From positions 32,364,001 through 32,428,000 of the forward strand of contig OZ024748.1 of the NCBI GenBank assembly GCA_964016885.1: a stretch of DNA of 64,000 nucleotides, in the 5' to 3' direction. Positions 23,431-37,446 of this stretch are shown piece by piece. Numbering within the stretch: the first letter of the stretch is position 1; each line of letters opens with the position of its first letter. The translations under genes were made by a program, and so were the position numbers. The stretch is from Eledone cirrhosa. Taxonomy: Eukaryota. The notes beneath the pieces are model-generated. The model searched no databases. It saw only the letters and a list, made by a program, of their open reading frames with translations, and was not told where the DNA came from.

Positions 23431-23660
23431 AAACACTTCAATATTGTTTAAAATCATTGAAATTCTATCACTCTTCATATATTTTACAACTGAAATTTAG
23501 AAATTTGACAATATCCTGGTTATAGGGCCACTAACTTTGGTGGTATCATTGTTTCCCTAAAGTAACAAGAAAAATGAAAACTTATTCACAAAAGATCACA
23601 AACTGTTGAAGTATTAGTTGTCTGTTGTTGAACTTGTAGTAATGGAGATTTCTGGCATTC

Positions 23661-23860
23661 TTGGTCCCTATACCACCTCCCTACTAACTGTTATCAGGGT
23701 GGAGTTAGCCACCCACAGGAGTGTCTTGTTAAACTATAGTGGTGGAGACAATTGTCAGGCTTGGTCCCTATACCACCTCCCTACTAACTGTTATCAGGGT
23801 GGAGTTAGCCACCCACAGGAGTGTCTTGTTAAACTATAGTTGTGGAGACAATTGTCAGAC
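23661..23860. repeat. 100-bp tandem duplication
   Basis: TTGGTCCCTATACCACCTCC starts at 23661 and 23761. The two copies are nearly identical. Confidence 0.92.
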
Positions 23861-23861
23861 T

Positions 23862-24669
<808 letters not shown>

Positions 24670-25336
24670 TAGCATTTAAACCAGCCAGATTTTTCTCACC
24701 TTTTTCTATTCAAACCAGCCATAACTGGTCACTCACACTGATGTTAAGGTATTGTTCTCAAAAGAAATATCAAAATCTCAAGGATTTGATATTATGTAAG
24801 ATAAAGCCTTTACTGTAAAAATACAATAGTATATATAGAGTAATGTAAATGTTATGTGAGGTAAAGCCTTAACTGTGAAAATACAATAGTATATATATAG
24901 AGTAATGTTATCGAGATGCAAGTGACATAATAACAGCAGAAATTAGAGATGAAATATACGTTTATTTTTTGTTGTAGCACAAACAATGGTGTTGTACAGA
25001 GGCTGGTATCTGGCGTGTGATCCGTCGGCTTTCCAGTGGCTGTCTGTCTTTTCTTTCTGGCGTTCTCAACCGGCGTTGTTCTATCAAGGAGCGTGAGGCG
25101 TCTTACTACAGTACCTCGAGCCAGATTTTCAAACTATTGAAAATCGATGTCATTACTCACATGTGGAGTAAGATGGCGAACAATACAACAAGGGGGAGCT
25201 ATCCACTCTAGCAAAAATTGAATCCAGAATAAGGATTTGAAAAATGTTAAAAAAAAAACGACATGCATGCATAAAAAAAACAAGGCAAAGAAAAAGCAGA
25301 AACACAGAGGCAAAGAAAAGGTGCAGCTAACATAGT

Positions 25337-28300
25337 CTAAATATAGACGGTGCTGCAAAGTTTTTTGGGCCAGTGGACCCTACGACCTGAACGGGTCGTG
25401 GTCTTGTAACGTGGCGATGGTGGTGGTGTAGGGACAGGCGATGATGGTGGATCAGGAACAGTCGTTCGCTCAACAGGCAAGTACGAAGGGGTTCGTGGAT
25501 CAGGAACCACAGCGTCCGTATCAAGGTGCGCCTGCTTAAGCCTGTCTAATGTAACTGTCACCCTGGACCCCTTAATATCTAACGTGAAATGCTTAGCCGA
25601 GCGCGCTAAGACACGGTAAGGTCCAGTGTAAGGCTGTGTGAGCGGGGGCTTCACCGTATGATTCCTTACAAAGACATGCGTCCACGAGGCAATATCCCTC
25701 GGGACAGCAGTCTTGACAGTTTGTTTCCTAGTGTCCATTGGCGGCAAATCCTGGAAATAGGAGTGCAAACGGGACACGTAGGAAGCGTGATCTTGGGCAT
25801 CAAGATCGATAGGGGCAAGCATTTGCCCGGGCAACGTCAGAGGGGCACCGTACAGTACTTCGGCCGGTGAAAATCCAAAGTCGACCTTTACCGTTGACCG
25901 AATCCCTAGTAGCACAATAGGGAGGTACTCGCTCCAATGCGCCGAGTCCATTGAGGCCATTAAGGAGGCCTTCAGTTGGCGGTGAAAACGCTCCACCATA
26001 CCATTCGAAGCGGGATGGTATGCCGTAGTTCGAATGCGTTTAGCACCAATTATTTTTGACAGCTCGAGGGAAAGGCTCGACTCGAACTGTCGTCCACGGT
26101 CGGTAGTTATTGTGGATGGAACTCCATAATGAGAGATCCATCCAGACACAAGAGCACGTGCTGTTGTCTCCGCGGTGATGTTTTTCAAGGGGATGGCCTC
26201 AGGCCATGACGGTAAGTAGATAAGAAAAACCATCGCTGACAGGCCAAGGTCCCACTATGTCAATATGAATATGCGAAAAACGCGCATCTGGGTTGGCAAA
26301 GGTACCCAGGGGAGCCTTGACGTGTCGATGGACCTTTGATTTCTGGCAAGCGACGCAGGAACGGCACCAAGCAGCAATTTCACGCCTCATATTTGGCCAG
26401 AAAAATCTAGCTGATATGAGCTTTGCTGTGGCAGAAGATCCTGGATGCGAGATACAATGTAATCCCAGAAACACGGTCAGACGATGATTCTCTGGAAGAA
26501 GGGCCTAGGCACGTCCAAAGAGACGTCGCAGAGAATTTGGCCAACTGCAGTCGACAGAGGCAAGTATTTCATCTCGCAATTCGCAAACTCGGGCGATGTG
26601 ACATCCATTGACTCAAGGGGAGGCTGATCCGCAGCCAAACGAGTCAGATCTATGTCAGAGGGTGACGAGATCGCTGTCACGGGTAAGCGGGACAAAGCAT
26701 CGGCCACTGTATTTAGTGAACCCGGAATGTGCTGGATATCACTCGTATATTGCGAGATGAAATCAAGGTGTCTCGTCTCTCTGGGCGAGTATTTATCAGC
26801 CTTCGCTCTCAAAGCAAAAGTCAATGGTTTATGGTCAGTGAGGATAGTAAATTGTCTACCCTCTAGCACATGTGAAAAATGTTTCACGGCCAAATAGATG
26901 GCTAAAAGCTCTCTTCCAAAGGTGCTGTAGCGCGTCTCAGCAGGATTTAGCTTTTTGGAAAAAAACTCCATCGGTTGCTGGTAACCATTGATGTTTTGCT
27001 GTAGTACTGCGCCCACAGCGATATCCAATGCATCAACACAAAGCGTTAGCTTGTGTTGATGCATTGAGGCCGCGAGTAACCTCCGACAATTTTTCAAAAT
27101 TTCTGTCAGGGAGAAAAGCAACTTGGCACAATTTGGCACGAAACGCCTATAAAAGTTAACCAGACCTAAGAACTGGCGTAACTGATGTAGTGAGGTCGGT
27201 GGAGGCAAATCCTCTATGACCTTAACTCGCTCAGGCCGGGGTCGAATTCCGTCAGCATCGATGACGTGACCCAAGAAAGTCAGTGACTCAGCACCAAAAA
27301 CACATTTGGGTGCATTAAGCTGCACGTTATACGCCTTCAATCGGCGGAAAAGAAGATTCAAATGGTGCGTATGCTGCTCTGGAGAAGAACTAGCAATGAG
27401 CAGATCGTCAATATAGGTATAGACGAAATCGAGGCCGCGAGTAACCTCATCCATAAACCGCTGAAAAGTACTAGTGGCATTCCTTAATCCGAACGGCATA
27501 GTCAAAAACTCGAAAGACCCAAATGGCGTAACTATAGCCATTTTTGGAACGTCATTTTTATGGACAGGAATTTGATGGTGCGCACGAATTAAATCCAGTT
27601 TGGAGAATATCTTGCATCCCTGCAACGAAGACGCAAAGTCTTGCAGATGAGGGATAGGATAACGGTCCGGTACCGTTATCGAATTCAGGCGTCGATAATC
27701 TCCAGTAGGTCTCCAATCGCCATTCGCTTTCGGTACCATGTGCAATGGGGACGCCCACGGGCTCGTGGACGGACGAATAATCCCCATTTCCAGCATATGA
27801 TCAAATTCTGATCGTGCTGCTTTGAGTTTGTCCGGAGGCAAGCGACGAGGGCGAGAGAAAACGGGAGCACCAGTTGTAGATATGAAGTGCTCCGTGGTAT
27901 GAGTAGGTTCATCAAATTGAAAATTCCCCTGTGTCAGTTGCGGGAACGAGTTCAACAACGCATGGAAAGGATCACCGGTGTTAGCAAGAAAAAATATCGG
28001 GCTAACCGTTGGAACTCCTGCTGCCTTGCTAACAACAGTTAATCCCGTGATGCCATCAATTAGGCGTTTACCACGAAGGTCCACCGTCAATGAAAAATGG
28101 TGGAGAAAATCCACGCCTAGAATCGGATACGGCAAGGCAGCGACAGTAAATATCCATTTAAACTCGCGCCGCAGATTACGAAACTGCAAAGGTAACGAGA
28201 TTTGTCCGAAAGTTCGAATCGGCGAACAATATACTGCCTGCAACTCAATAGGTGTCTCAGGGGGAGTCTCCTTCATACAACACACAGGCCATACGGAACA

Positions 28301-28423
28301 AGCTGCACCTGTGTCAACCAGAAAAGCTCTACCTGACAGCAGGTCCTCAATGAAAAAGTGGCGGTCAGATGTTGTTTCGCAGAGCGCACTATCCGCCGTT
28401 AGTGACTCTGGTCGTCTTTTCCC
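25337..28423 (-). pseudogene. pol: Gypsy pol (PR-RT-RNaseH-IN) in the -1 frame relative to gag; frameshifted near 26475 and 26215, with a deletion in the RT connection region
   Basis: [54 protein letters not shown] and PYTGPY. Confidence 0.92.
28360..28423 (-). promoter_or_regulatory. Predicted -1 ribosomal frameshift signal (slippery heptamer plus pseudoknot)
   Basis: On the minus strand, G GGA AAA (28423-28417) is in the gag frame. After a 6-nt spacer comes the stem CAGAG-T-CACTA / TAGTG-CG-CTCTG, whose loop GGCGG is complementary to CCGCC at 28364-28360. Confidence 0.7.
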
Positions 28424-29175
28424 TCGTAAGCACAAGGAGGCCTACAACGGGCGGCTTTTTTACCATATCTTTCATGGTAATAACAACATGTTGTTCCTGG
28501 TGTGTTGGAAGGGCTACGGTGGCGAGAAGTTGAATAACGTCGTGAGCAGCTCCTCTGCCGTCCAAAGGACCTGAATTCCGTGCACAACTCCGCCATTTGA
28601 CGAGTCATGGCTTCCATAGTGGTGATTAATTTGTCATCAGACGCTGATGAGCGTGATTGAGGAAGAGAAGAGGAAGCAACGTACTTTGGCTTCGAAGTGT
28701 CTCTCTTCGTCACCTCTACAATTTTGTCAGCAGAGACAGCAATGTGATCCAGGGTATTCACCTCTAGCATATGGGCTAGGATCGCCTGTACCTCTTGAGG
28801 TAGGCGAGAGAAGAACAATTGCTTCAGGAAAGGGCTATCCTGATCTTGGGAATCGCTCAAATCCCGCAAATGCCGAAGAAAAGCGGTAGGGGTCCTGTCA
28901 CCTAATCGTTCGTCCTCGATCAGTGACCGAAAACGACTCTCTACCGACTTACAATTCCTCCTCAAAATCTCGCCCTTCAAAAACTCATACGTCAAGTCAG
29001 AGGGGGGGTCTGTAATTAGGTCTTGGACCGAATCTGCTAGATTAGGGGGAAGGCCGCTAATCAGTACAGCGAGGCGCTGGTCAGATTCGGTCTTACACAC
29101 CGTAAAATACGCCCGTAACTGGGCAAACCACATCTTAGGTTTTCCAGTAAAGGCGGGCAAATGTGGTACATTCAT
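28399..29175 (-). CDS. gag: Gypsy Gag, 258 aa, apparently intact, CHCC knuckle
   Basis: LPAF...[32 protein letters not shown], an RSxSR basic tract and [18 protein letters not shown]. Confidence 0.9.
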   Translation of the reverse strand: MNVPHLPAFTGKPKMWFAQLRAYFTVCKTESDQRLAVLISGLPPNLADSVQDLITDPPSDLTYEFLKGEILRRNCKSVESRFRSLIEDERLGDRTPTAFLRHLRDLSDSQDQDSPFLKQLFFSRLPQEVQAILAHMLEVNTLDHIAVSADKIVEVTKRDTSKPKYVASSSLPQSRSSASDDKLITTMEAMTRQMAELCTEFRSFGRQRSCSRRYSTSRHRSPSNTPGTTCCYYHERYGKKAARCRPPCAYEGKDDQSH

Positions 29176-30859
29176 GTCAACCTTTAAAATTAAAACAAAT
29201 ATATATACCTATATATCGAAAGAGCAATTAATGCACCCTTGTACAGTGAAAAGAGAACAGCCAATATTGAGAAAAAGTTAAAGGGCAAAAAGAAACAGAC
29301 ATTCAAAACATAAGGAAATATGCAAAATACATAAAATACAGATATATATCTTTAAAAAAAAACTTTTCCTTCAACGTCTGTCCCCTCGCGTTGCCTCAAC
29401 GAACCAGCCAAATCAAATAAGGTAAAAAAAAAAGGAAGAAAAAAAATGTTTTTTTTTTTTAAATATATCCGCGTTGGATATCAACAAAGGTAGCCAGTGG
29501 CTAAAAATCCCTTAGAAAAAGGTAATGCGGGGCAGTTATGTTCACAAAAAAATGTTTAGTCTCTTCTCTCTTGATCAGTCATGGAACACATACGCAATTC
29601 AAAAAATGTGTCCGTTACAAAACTGGGAAGGAACGCAACGCCACCTTGGAAAAATACACTTTTTTCTTTTTTCTCCTGTAAGTTGCGAAAAAGTTGGCAA
29701 CGGAAATGGAATATTCAAGTGAATAAAAAAAAGTCGCTCTAAATTATCGACACGAATGAATCGTTTTGATATTTCCGATGTGTGGTGGTCTGCGTCGGTA
29801 AGGCTATGAAGCTGCCACTCACTATTCCCGGTTTTGGTCAGTGGTTAAACAATGTTGTCGCTGATGCTGCTGTCGTTGTTGTTCTCGAGTGTAGCAAAAA
29901 GTTTATGAAATACTACTAATTTTTCGATAATTTTAAAAGGAATATTTTTTATTTTCACAAGTTGCGAAAAAAAGGCCGACAATGTGGCAATAAAAGTTCA
30001 ATTGATGAAAAAGAAGGGCTGCGTTAAATTCTTACGTCGGTCACCACTTTAGCAGTATTAGTTGTAGATGTTATCGAGATGCAAGTGACATAATAACAGC
30101 AGAAATTAGAGATGAAATATACGTTTATTTTTTGTTGTAGCACAAACAATGGTGTTGAACAGAGGCTGGTATCTGGCGTGTGATCCGTCGGCTTTCCAGT
30201 GGCTGTCTGTCTTTTCTTTCTCTGGCGTTCTCAACCAGCGTTGTTCTATCAAGGAGCGTGAGGCGTCTTACTACAATATTATGTAAGATAAAGCCTTTAC
30301 TGTAAAAATACAATAGTATATATAGAGTAATGTAAATGTTATGTGAGGTAAAGCCTTAACTGTGAAAATACAATAGTATATATATAGAGTAATGTAAATG
30401 TTATGTGAGGTAAAGCCTTTACTGTGAAAATACAATAGTATATGTAGACTAATGTAAATGTTATGTGAGATATTATGTGAGGTAAAGCCTTTACTGTAAA
30501 AATACAATAGTATATATAGAGTAATGTAAATGTTATGAGATATTATGTGAGGTAAAGCCTTAACTGAAAATACAATAGTATATATAGAGTAATGTAAATG
30601 TTAAAGGGTTAAATAAACACAAAGGAATACACACTGGAGGGAAACGTTTTTTGTTGGAATTAAATTCTTGTTCATTTCTATTCCTTGTCTTCTAGAAGTC
30701 ATTTTTAATCTATGTAGGAATTTTCAGCATTCTTTTTCTTTTGCCAACACCAACATTCCGTGTTGTAGTGTTTAATTGGGGAAATCCTGTGAGTGTCTAG
30801 TCTCAGAAATTTTAGTGGGTTGGAAGTGGTATGATGACTGGTGGGTGTAAAAGTAGTTG

Positions 30860-31600
30860 GCTAGAATTTACAGATAACATGGTGTTATTTAACTCAACAG
30901 AAGATGATCCAAATGTGAACATGATAGGTTTGCTACCAAGCCCTGCATGACAGGACTGAAAACTAGTGCTGTGAAGACTGAGTTACTCCTCTTCTCAGGG
31001 AAGCCTGCACAGTGCACCCTACATGTGAGTGGAGTTCCACTGAAGCAGGGGGAGTAGTTCAAGTATCTAGGGTCTGTGTTCATGAATTGATGAAGGCAAG
31101 AGGCAGAATTAAATGCAAAAATTACAGGAGCTAGTGCAGTAATGTGTCAGCTTCAACATTCAGTATCAGAAGAAGGGAGGTAGGTGTAAAAGTAAAACTT
31201 ACTGTCTGCCATTTGGTATTTGTACCAACCCTTAACCTTGGTAATGAATCTTGGGTAATGACCAAAGTATCTATGGTGTAATGTTACTTGACAGAGTATG
31301 CAGCTCGGAGATCAGAGTTACACTAGGTGGAGCCATGACTTATCTGAATTGAGATATCACAGGTCCACTGTTATGGACAAGTGGTTAGAATGTCTCAGGA
31401 AAGAATTAGTGGACAGATTGTATGGGCAAAACCAGCCTGCAGGAAACCTAGGTGTAGACTCCAAGCCAGATGGTTGGATAACATCCATGAGCTTGGCTGG
31501 TCTCATTTGGGGCTCCAGCCAGATCATTTGGAGAGGGTTCCTTCTAAGAGGACCTGCTGGAAAGTATGGTTGAGGACTCTGCCTCTATAACCTTCCAGGA
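30860..31600 (+). mobile_element. Old decayed LINE fragment from a different subfamily
   Basis: Remnant LHVSGVPLKQ..FKYLGSVF at ~31020-31080. Heavily decayed. Confidence 0.55.
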
Positions 31601-31749
31601 ATAAATACGTGAAGAAGATGAATATCACCAACATTCTCTGCTGAACAGTTTATGGAAAGCAAGATGGGAAAATTGCTTTGTCTCTTCTGCCATTAAATCA
31701 ATATAAATTCTCCATTACATATATATATATATATATAGGTATATGTATA

Positions 31750-32548
31750 TCATCATCATCGTCATTCTACGTCTGCTTTTCATTGCTTGCAAGGATGGGA
31801 TGGGTCCTTTTCAGCACAGCAACTCTCCATTTGTCCCGGTCCCTTGTCATCTCCTCTGTGATCTTCAGCAATCTCACCACCTCCACCCATGATTTTCGTG
31901 GTCTTCCTCTACTGTGTCTTCCTTCCACTGGGATATCTTGGCACTTACTCACTCAACAGTCATCCTCCATGCACATCACATGTCCATACCAACACAGTCT
32001 TCTCACCTGCACACTACAACTTTTCCCTCTATACACAGTTTCTCTCTAAACTCGTCTATGCTTGGTCATTCACGCACATTGACATTGCACATCCAACGGA
32101 GCATACTTGCTTCATTTCTCTCCAGCGGTCGCATATCTTCTGCAGTTGCTGCCCATGTCTCACTACCATGCAGCATCGCGCATCTCACACAGGCATCATA
32201 CAACCGACCTTTCGTTCGTAGGGAGAAACCCTTCTTTGTCAGCAGAGGAAGCAGCTCCCTAAACTTCTTCCAACACGTCCTTATTCAAGATACTATGGCC
32301 TCGGAACACCCTCCTCTCTTGCTAATCTGATCACCTAGGTACTGGAAGCTATCAACCACCTCTATAGAACCTACCTGCACTTGAAAAATGTGTCTATCAC
32401 TGCGACTTCTACAGTCAAATTTCCCTGTACATCTACTACATATGTAGTTTTCCCTACCTGTTAGTTTGCCTGCTATCCCACTACATCTCTTGTGTACCCA
32501 AGATCTACATTGTGTACATTCTATAGAATTTATGCCAACTCCTTTTCT
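31750..32548 (-). mobile_element. RTE-type LINE 3' end with (TGA)n tail
   Basis: GINSIECTQCRSWVHKRCSG..VVDSFQYLGD (32285-32578), GRPRKSW..RDRDKWR (31767-31952), and a CATCATCAT tail at ~31750. Confidence 0.88.
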
Positions 32549-32619
32549 ATCGAACATATATATATATATAAGGTACATGGCTTAGTGGTTAGAGTGTTGT
32601 GCTTACAATCATAAGGTTG

Positions 32620-34022
32620 TGATAGCAAGGAAGAAGAAATAAAGACGATATAGAGGAGCAGTGGGGTTTCTGAGAGATAACCTGCTGAAAGGGACAAGAT
32701 CTGTTGATGGAACAAGGCCCCAGGGAGGAGTAGTAAAGCCACGTGATGGTGGAATAGTAAGGTGGATGAAGTAATTAAAACCAAAAGACAGCCATGGAAA
32801 AACAGAGGTAGCAGGTACCCCTAGGAAGAAGCTAGGAGATAGGCTAGGTGGAAAGTATACCAGCCAAGGAGAGAAGCAGAAAATGAAAAGTATGTTTTAG
32901 AATGTGAGGACCAAAAATGAGAGGTGTTCAAGGAAAACCATGATGTTATCGGGGAGAAATACATTCCTAACAACAATGAGAAGCTGATAAACAAGGAAAA
33001 TACATGGGAGGTAAACAGCCTGCCCCATGTGTACCCAGCAGAAGGCGCAGCTGTAAGTAGCAGCCTAGTAAGTAAGGCAATTAAGAAGATGAAGATGGGT
33101 AAAGCAGCTGGGCCATTGGGAGTAGTTGCTGAGATGTTGAAAGTATCTGGGACAGTGGGACACACCCTAACTACCCTTGTTGGAAACCAAGTAATACATA
33201 ATGGTGACATTCCCAGTGACTGGAATAACAACATCATCGTCAACTGTTACAAAAGAAAAGGAGATGCCCTAGAGAGAACTACAGAGGTATCAAGCTGATT
33301 GAGCAGTTCATGAAAGTTATAGAAAGAGCCATTGCACAAGTTTCCTATCATTTGAGGGCTTAGATCTTTGATACTTACATCCTACCAGTTGTGTTATATG
33401 GTCTTGACTGTGGTAACTGGATGACAAGGTCACTTGAGAAGTTCTCTTACATTCCAGAACCACATCATGACACTTATGAATGGCAAGTGGCTCAGCATCT
33501 GTATCTGTATCAGTGAGCTGCTCAACATTACCAGGCTTAGACCAATTACATCAATTGTCAAGTCAAGAGTACTCAAACTATATGGTCATATAAAAAGATC
33601 AACTCGTGGTGTGAGTAGGTTATGTCTGGAATGAAGGTTGGCTGGTAAGAGAAGCAGGAGCCAGCAGCCAAATTAATGTCAACTTATGGACTGGACTTGA
33701 TCTTTGCTCTTTAAACTCTGCTGTTGGTGATCAAACTTTGTGGAGAAAGATATCTCATGTTGATGCACAGTCTGCAACTAGTGTAGTTTAGCATCATGAG
33801 AATTACACAACTAATTAGTGATTGTATACACCTAAATGCGATGCAGTTTGGATTTGTGCCAGGAAGAAGCACACTTGAGGCCCTCTTATTTCTGAAGCAA
33901 ATGCAGGAGAAGTAACTGGGCAAAAGCAAGCCACTCTACTTAGCATTCGTGGCCCTAAAGAATGGTGGGACCTCAGAAAACAAGAGGTAGATGAGTGGAC
34001 GTGAGATCATTATAAGTCATGT
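32620..34022 (+). mobile_element. Decayed RTE-type LINE fragments, interrupted at ~33345-33800
   Basis: KAIKKMKMGKAAGPLGVVAEMLKVSG..GDIPSDW (32924-33298). The element resumes at ~33800 with MQFGFVPGRST..QMQEK. Confidence 0.8.
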
Positions 34023-34029
34023 ATCTACC

Positions 34030-34495
34030 AGTTGTAACTCCTGGCAGATAGAGCAAGGTGAAATAAAGTGTCTTGCTGAAGGACTTAACACATTACCTAG
34101 TCTAGGAATTGAACTCAGAATCTCATACTTGTCAATCCAACTCTCTTACCACTAAGCTACATGTCTTCCTATATTTTAGTGATAGTGGACAGTGAATGAT
34201 GATGATGATGGTCATTTTATTTGATAGATTGACCAGTTGATCATCTCAATGGTGTATTATTGCCTTTTTTCCCACAGGATCTCTTGAAGTCATGAGTAAA
34301 AGGTAATAGAGTATTGGTTAGGGTGTTGGACTCAATGATAAACTTGTGAGTTCAATTCATGGGCTGGGCAGCATGTTCTGTTGTACAATAAAACATTTTA
34401 TTTCATGGTGCTTCAGTTCAATCAGCTGGAAAAAAATGAGTTGTGACATTCCAAGTTATATCGGCCTTTGACTTTCCTTTGGACAACATCATATA
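34030..34495. mobile_element. Two old tRNA-derived SINE remnants (minus ~34030-34170, plus ~34305-34495)
   Basis: Minus copy: GGAATTGAACTC..ACCACTAAGCTAC. Plus copy: TGGTTAGGGTGTTGGACTCA..GAGTTCAATTC. A similar head fragment lies at 32572-32620. Confidence 0.55.
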
Positions 34496-34559
34496 GTCTA
34501 TATATATTGTGTGTACTGAATATATATATATAGTGATAACATGGTATGTATAGCTCTTT

Positions 34560-35120
34560 AGTTCTTAGTCCAGATTGTTCCATCAGGAATATATGTCAAC
34601 TAATTGTGTCTAATGATTTCAGTTGGTGACAGCTTATTGACATCCATGCCAGCTGATGTTGACAGTTTGTGGATCATTTTGGAATGTGTTTCACCAGGTC
34701 ATCTTCGGTCGACCTCTTTTCCACTTGTCTTCAAGGGGAATCCATGTCATCGCTGTTTTGGACGGATGATCTTCTGGGTGGTGCACTATGTGACCCGCAA
34801 AATGGAACCAACATTCCATGATGATCTCCTGCAGTGGATGTGACCCTGCTCTCCACAGGATCACTCCAGCTGACCTTTAGAATCTAATGCAGGCTCCTTT
34901 GATGGAAAGTTTTTAGAGACTAATCCATCTTCACAGTGCGTTTCCATGTTTCACAGTCAGAGATGGCCATGGGCAGTACAATACTAGTGTACAAGCAGAG
35001 TTTAAAATACATGCTAATGGCTCTGTTTGACCAGATGGAGTGCATCCATTGGAACACTGCAGTCCTTTACAACCCTGCAGTTGATGTTCAGCTCAATGTT
35101 GCCACTGTTGCTCAGAATAT
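34560..35120 (-). mobile_element. Old LINE C-terminal fragment
   Basis: Minus-strand remnants ETHCEDG..LKTFHQRSLH and GKRGRPKMTW. Confidence 0.55.
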
Positions 35121-35236
35121 ATAGAGGATATATATAGTGTGTATATATTAGTTGAGAAGATACTGGCACCAAATAGTATCAGCCTTTGACCTCCCTATGG
35201 ATAACATAATATATTTTATGTATAGAATAGATACTA

Positions 35237-35384
35237 CCGTACTTACCGGCGGCGAATACGCTACTTTTTTCTTAAAATAAGTTGCAAAAATCTACCATAC
35301 GTCCTGGAGGCCGAAGGTTTATTTTTTATTTTCAAATTTTAGGTTGTCAAAATTAGGGTGCGTCTTCGAGGATGGGAAATACGG
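35237..35384. mobile_element. pogo/Tigger-like MITE with TA TSD
   Basis: TA|CCGTACTTACCGGC..ACGC ... GGGTGCGTCTT..GGGAAATACGG|TA. Confidence 0.65.
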
Positions 35385-35628
35385 TATATATATATATGTA
35401 GTGTATATATATAGACTGTATAGTGCATATATACATATATATATATATGTAGTGTGTATATATAGACTGTATAGTGCATATATACATATATATATATATA
35501 TGTAGTGTATATATAAACTGTATAGTGCATATATACATACATATATATATATATATGTAGTGCATATATATATATAGACTGTATAGTGCATATATACATA
35601 CATATATATATATACATATATATATATG
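35385..35628. repeat. TA-rich compound minisatellite (~52-60 bp unit, 4 copies)
   Basis: Repeated ATGTAGTG(TA)nGACTGTATAGTGCATATATACA(TA)n. Confidence 0.85.
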
Positions 35629-36594
35629 ATGAATATTGGTGATAGGAAGGGCATCCAGCTATCGAAAACCTGCTAAAAAAAGGGTTGGGCGGACCCTTCT
35701 GCTACCCAGTAGAAGGTGTGACCATTCGTAACTGAAAGGAGGACCCCAACCCCACCTTGATCTTTGAAGACAACCTGTGTAACCCTTGCTAGCAGGGAAA
35801 CTGGACATTAAATGATGATGAGCTGTGACATCACTGAGGTCAAGCTGTTTCAGCCATTCCTTTGGACAGCATTATATATGGTCTATATATATTGGACAAT
35901 ATTAAATATCGTGTATATAGAAGTTTTGACAACATTATATATAAATATGTACACACACACTGTCAAACATGTATATTTATAGATAATGTTCGGCTGAAGA
36001 GTTCATAGGCAGACCAAGTTACTCTCATGGAATATGACAATGTATACACACAAATATATGCTATATATATGTATACAAACATATATATTTTATAGTGAAG
36101 TCATACAGCATATCGCAATATGTTTTCAATTCTCAGCTTTGGAGGTATTTTGTGTCCTTAAGCAAGACAAATCATTCCACATGTCTCTATTCTCCACACC
36201 TGAAAAAGACAAGTAGTAGCTTTAGTTGGAGGTTGGATCATTCCCTGCCTCCAACCTTTTCACTTCAGCCACAAATCCTGGCTTTACTACCTGCAATAGA
36301 GAGAAGAGGGAGATAGTTAAATACCGGGGCTTGACTAACCATGTCATCTTTGTCCCCACACTGCTGATTTTCTCCTCAAAATTAGAAAGACAGCAGCCCA
36401 CTTGAGAAAGTAGTCCCATGAAGTAGGGTGTATGCTGCAGTTGGGGTCTCTGGCTATTTTCTGTGTTAACACTTTTGCTATTTTGTCTGTAGAGTGGGGC
36501 TGAATCACTGTTCAGACTGAAATATAACGTCTGTCCCTCTCCCCCTTCCATTGTTTTCGTTGATTGATTCGTTTTCGTTCTTTTCATTTCAACA

Positions 36595-37446
36595 ATCAAC
36601 AATGAGTATTCTGAGGAATTCAGTGTACAGGTGGGGGTCCATTAGGGTTCCATATTTAGCCCCCTCCTCTTTAATATTGTCCTACAGGCTATAACTGGAA
36701 TTTAAGACTGGTTGCTCATGGGAAATCCTATATGCCGACAACATAACCCTCTTAGCCGAGTCTATGACAGAATTAGAGAAGAAATATCAGACATGGAGGC
36801 ACAACTTGGAAACAAAAGGTCTCAAAGTCAACAGGGCTCTGATCCACTCAGGGAAATGGCCCTGCTCGGTATGGAGGAAAGGAGTAGGTAGAATCTCAAT
36901 CCAAATGCAAACTGTGGGTGCACAAGAGATGTAGTGGGAAAACAGGCAGGCTAGCAAAATACACAGACTTCATATGTGGACCCTGCACAGGGGTAGTAAG
37001 CAAAGACCCTCAAGAAGTAAGCCTCTTCATTTGCACAGAGGGCCCCATAGAAATAGTTGAGAGCTTCTGCTATCTGGGTAACCAAATCAGCTGCGGAGTT
37101 GGTTATGCAGAAAATACAGTTGCCAGAGTGAGAACAGGATGGAAAAAGTTCAGCGAGTTACTGCCATTGCTACCTACAAAAGGTCTCTCACTCAAGATAA
37201 AAGGCAAGCTGTACAATGCCTGTGTGTACACAGCAATGCTACATGGAAGTGAAACATGGGCTCTGTGTGCCAAGGATCTACGGAGATTGGAAAGAAACAA
37301 AGCCTGCATGTTACAATGGATGTGTAACAGTAGATTGTGGGAACAGCAAAACGTAAAAGAATTGAGAACAAAACTGGGTATAAGAGGGATCAAATGTTGT
37401 GAGCAGGAGAGAAGATTGCAGATGTATGGACATGTGATGTGTATGT
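36595..37446 (+). mobile_element. Decayed RTE-type LINE fragment
   Basis: EYSEEFSVQVGVH, WEILYADN, and ORF 36918-37448 (VESFCYLG..RTGWKKF..AMLHGSETW..YGHVM). Confidence 0.88.

Larger units (their letters stand above)
24906..30275 (-). mobile_element. Ty3/Gypsy LTR retrotransposon, CsRn1-like, younger
   Basis: LTRs at 30048-30275 (5') and 24906-25110 (3', ~20 bp short), with about four differences between them. PBS TGGTGACCGACGT on the minus strand at 30046-30034. ~0.85-kb 5' leader. Confidence 0.93.

Noticed and set aside
30276-30600. MITE internal ~60-bp repeat as the origin of the 46-bp satellite
   Set aside because: Only a short AT-rich resemblance (ACTG.TAAAA.TA..ATA.TATA), compatible with chance.
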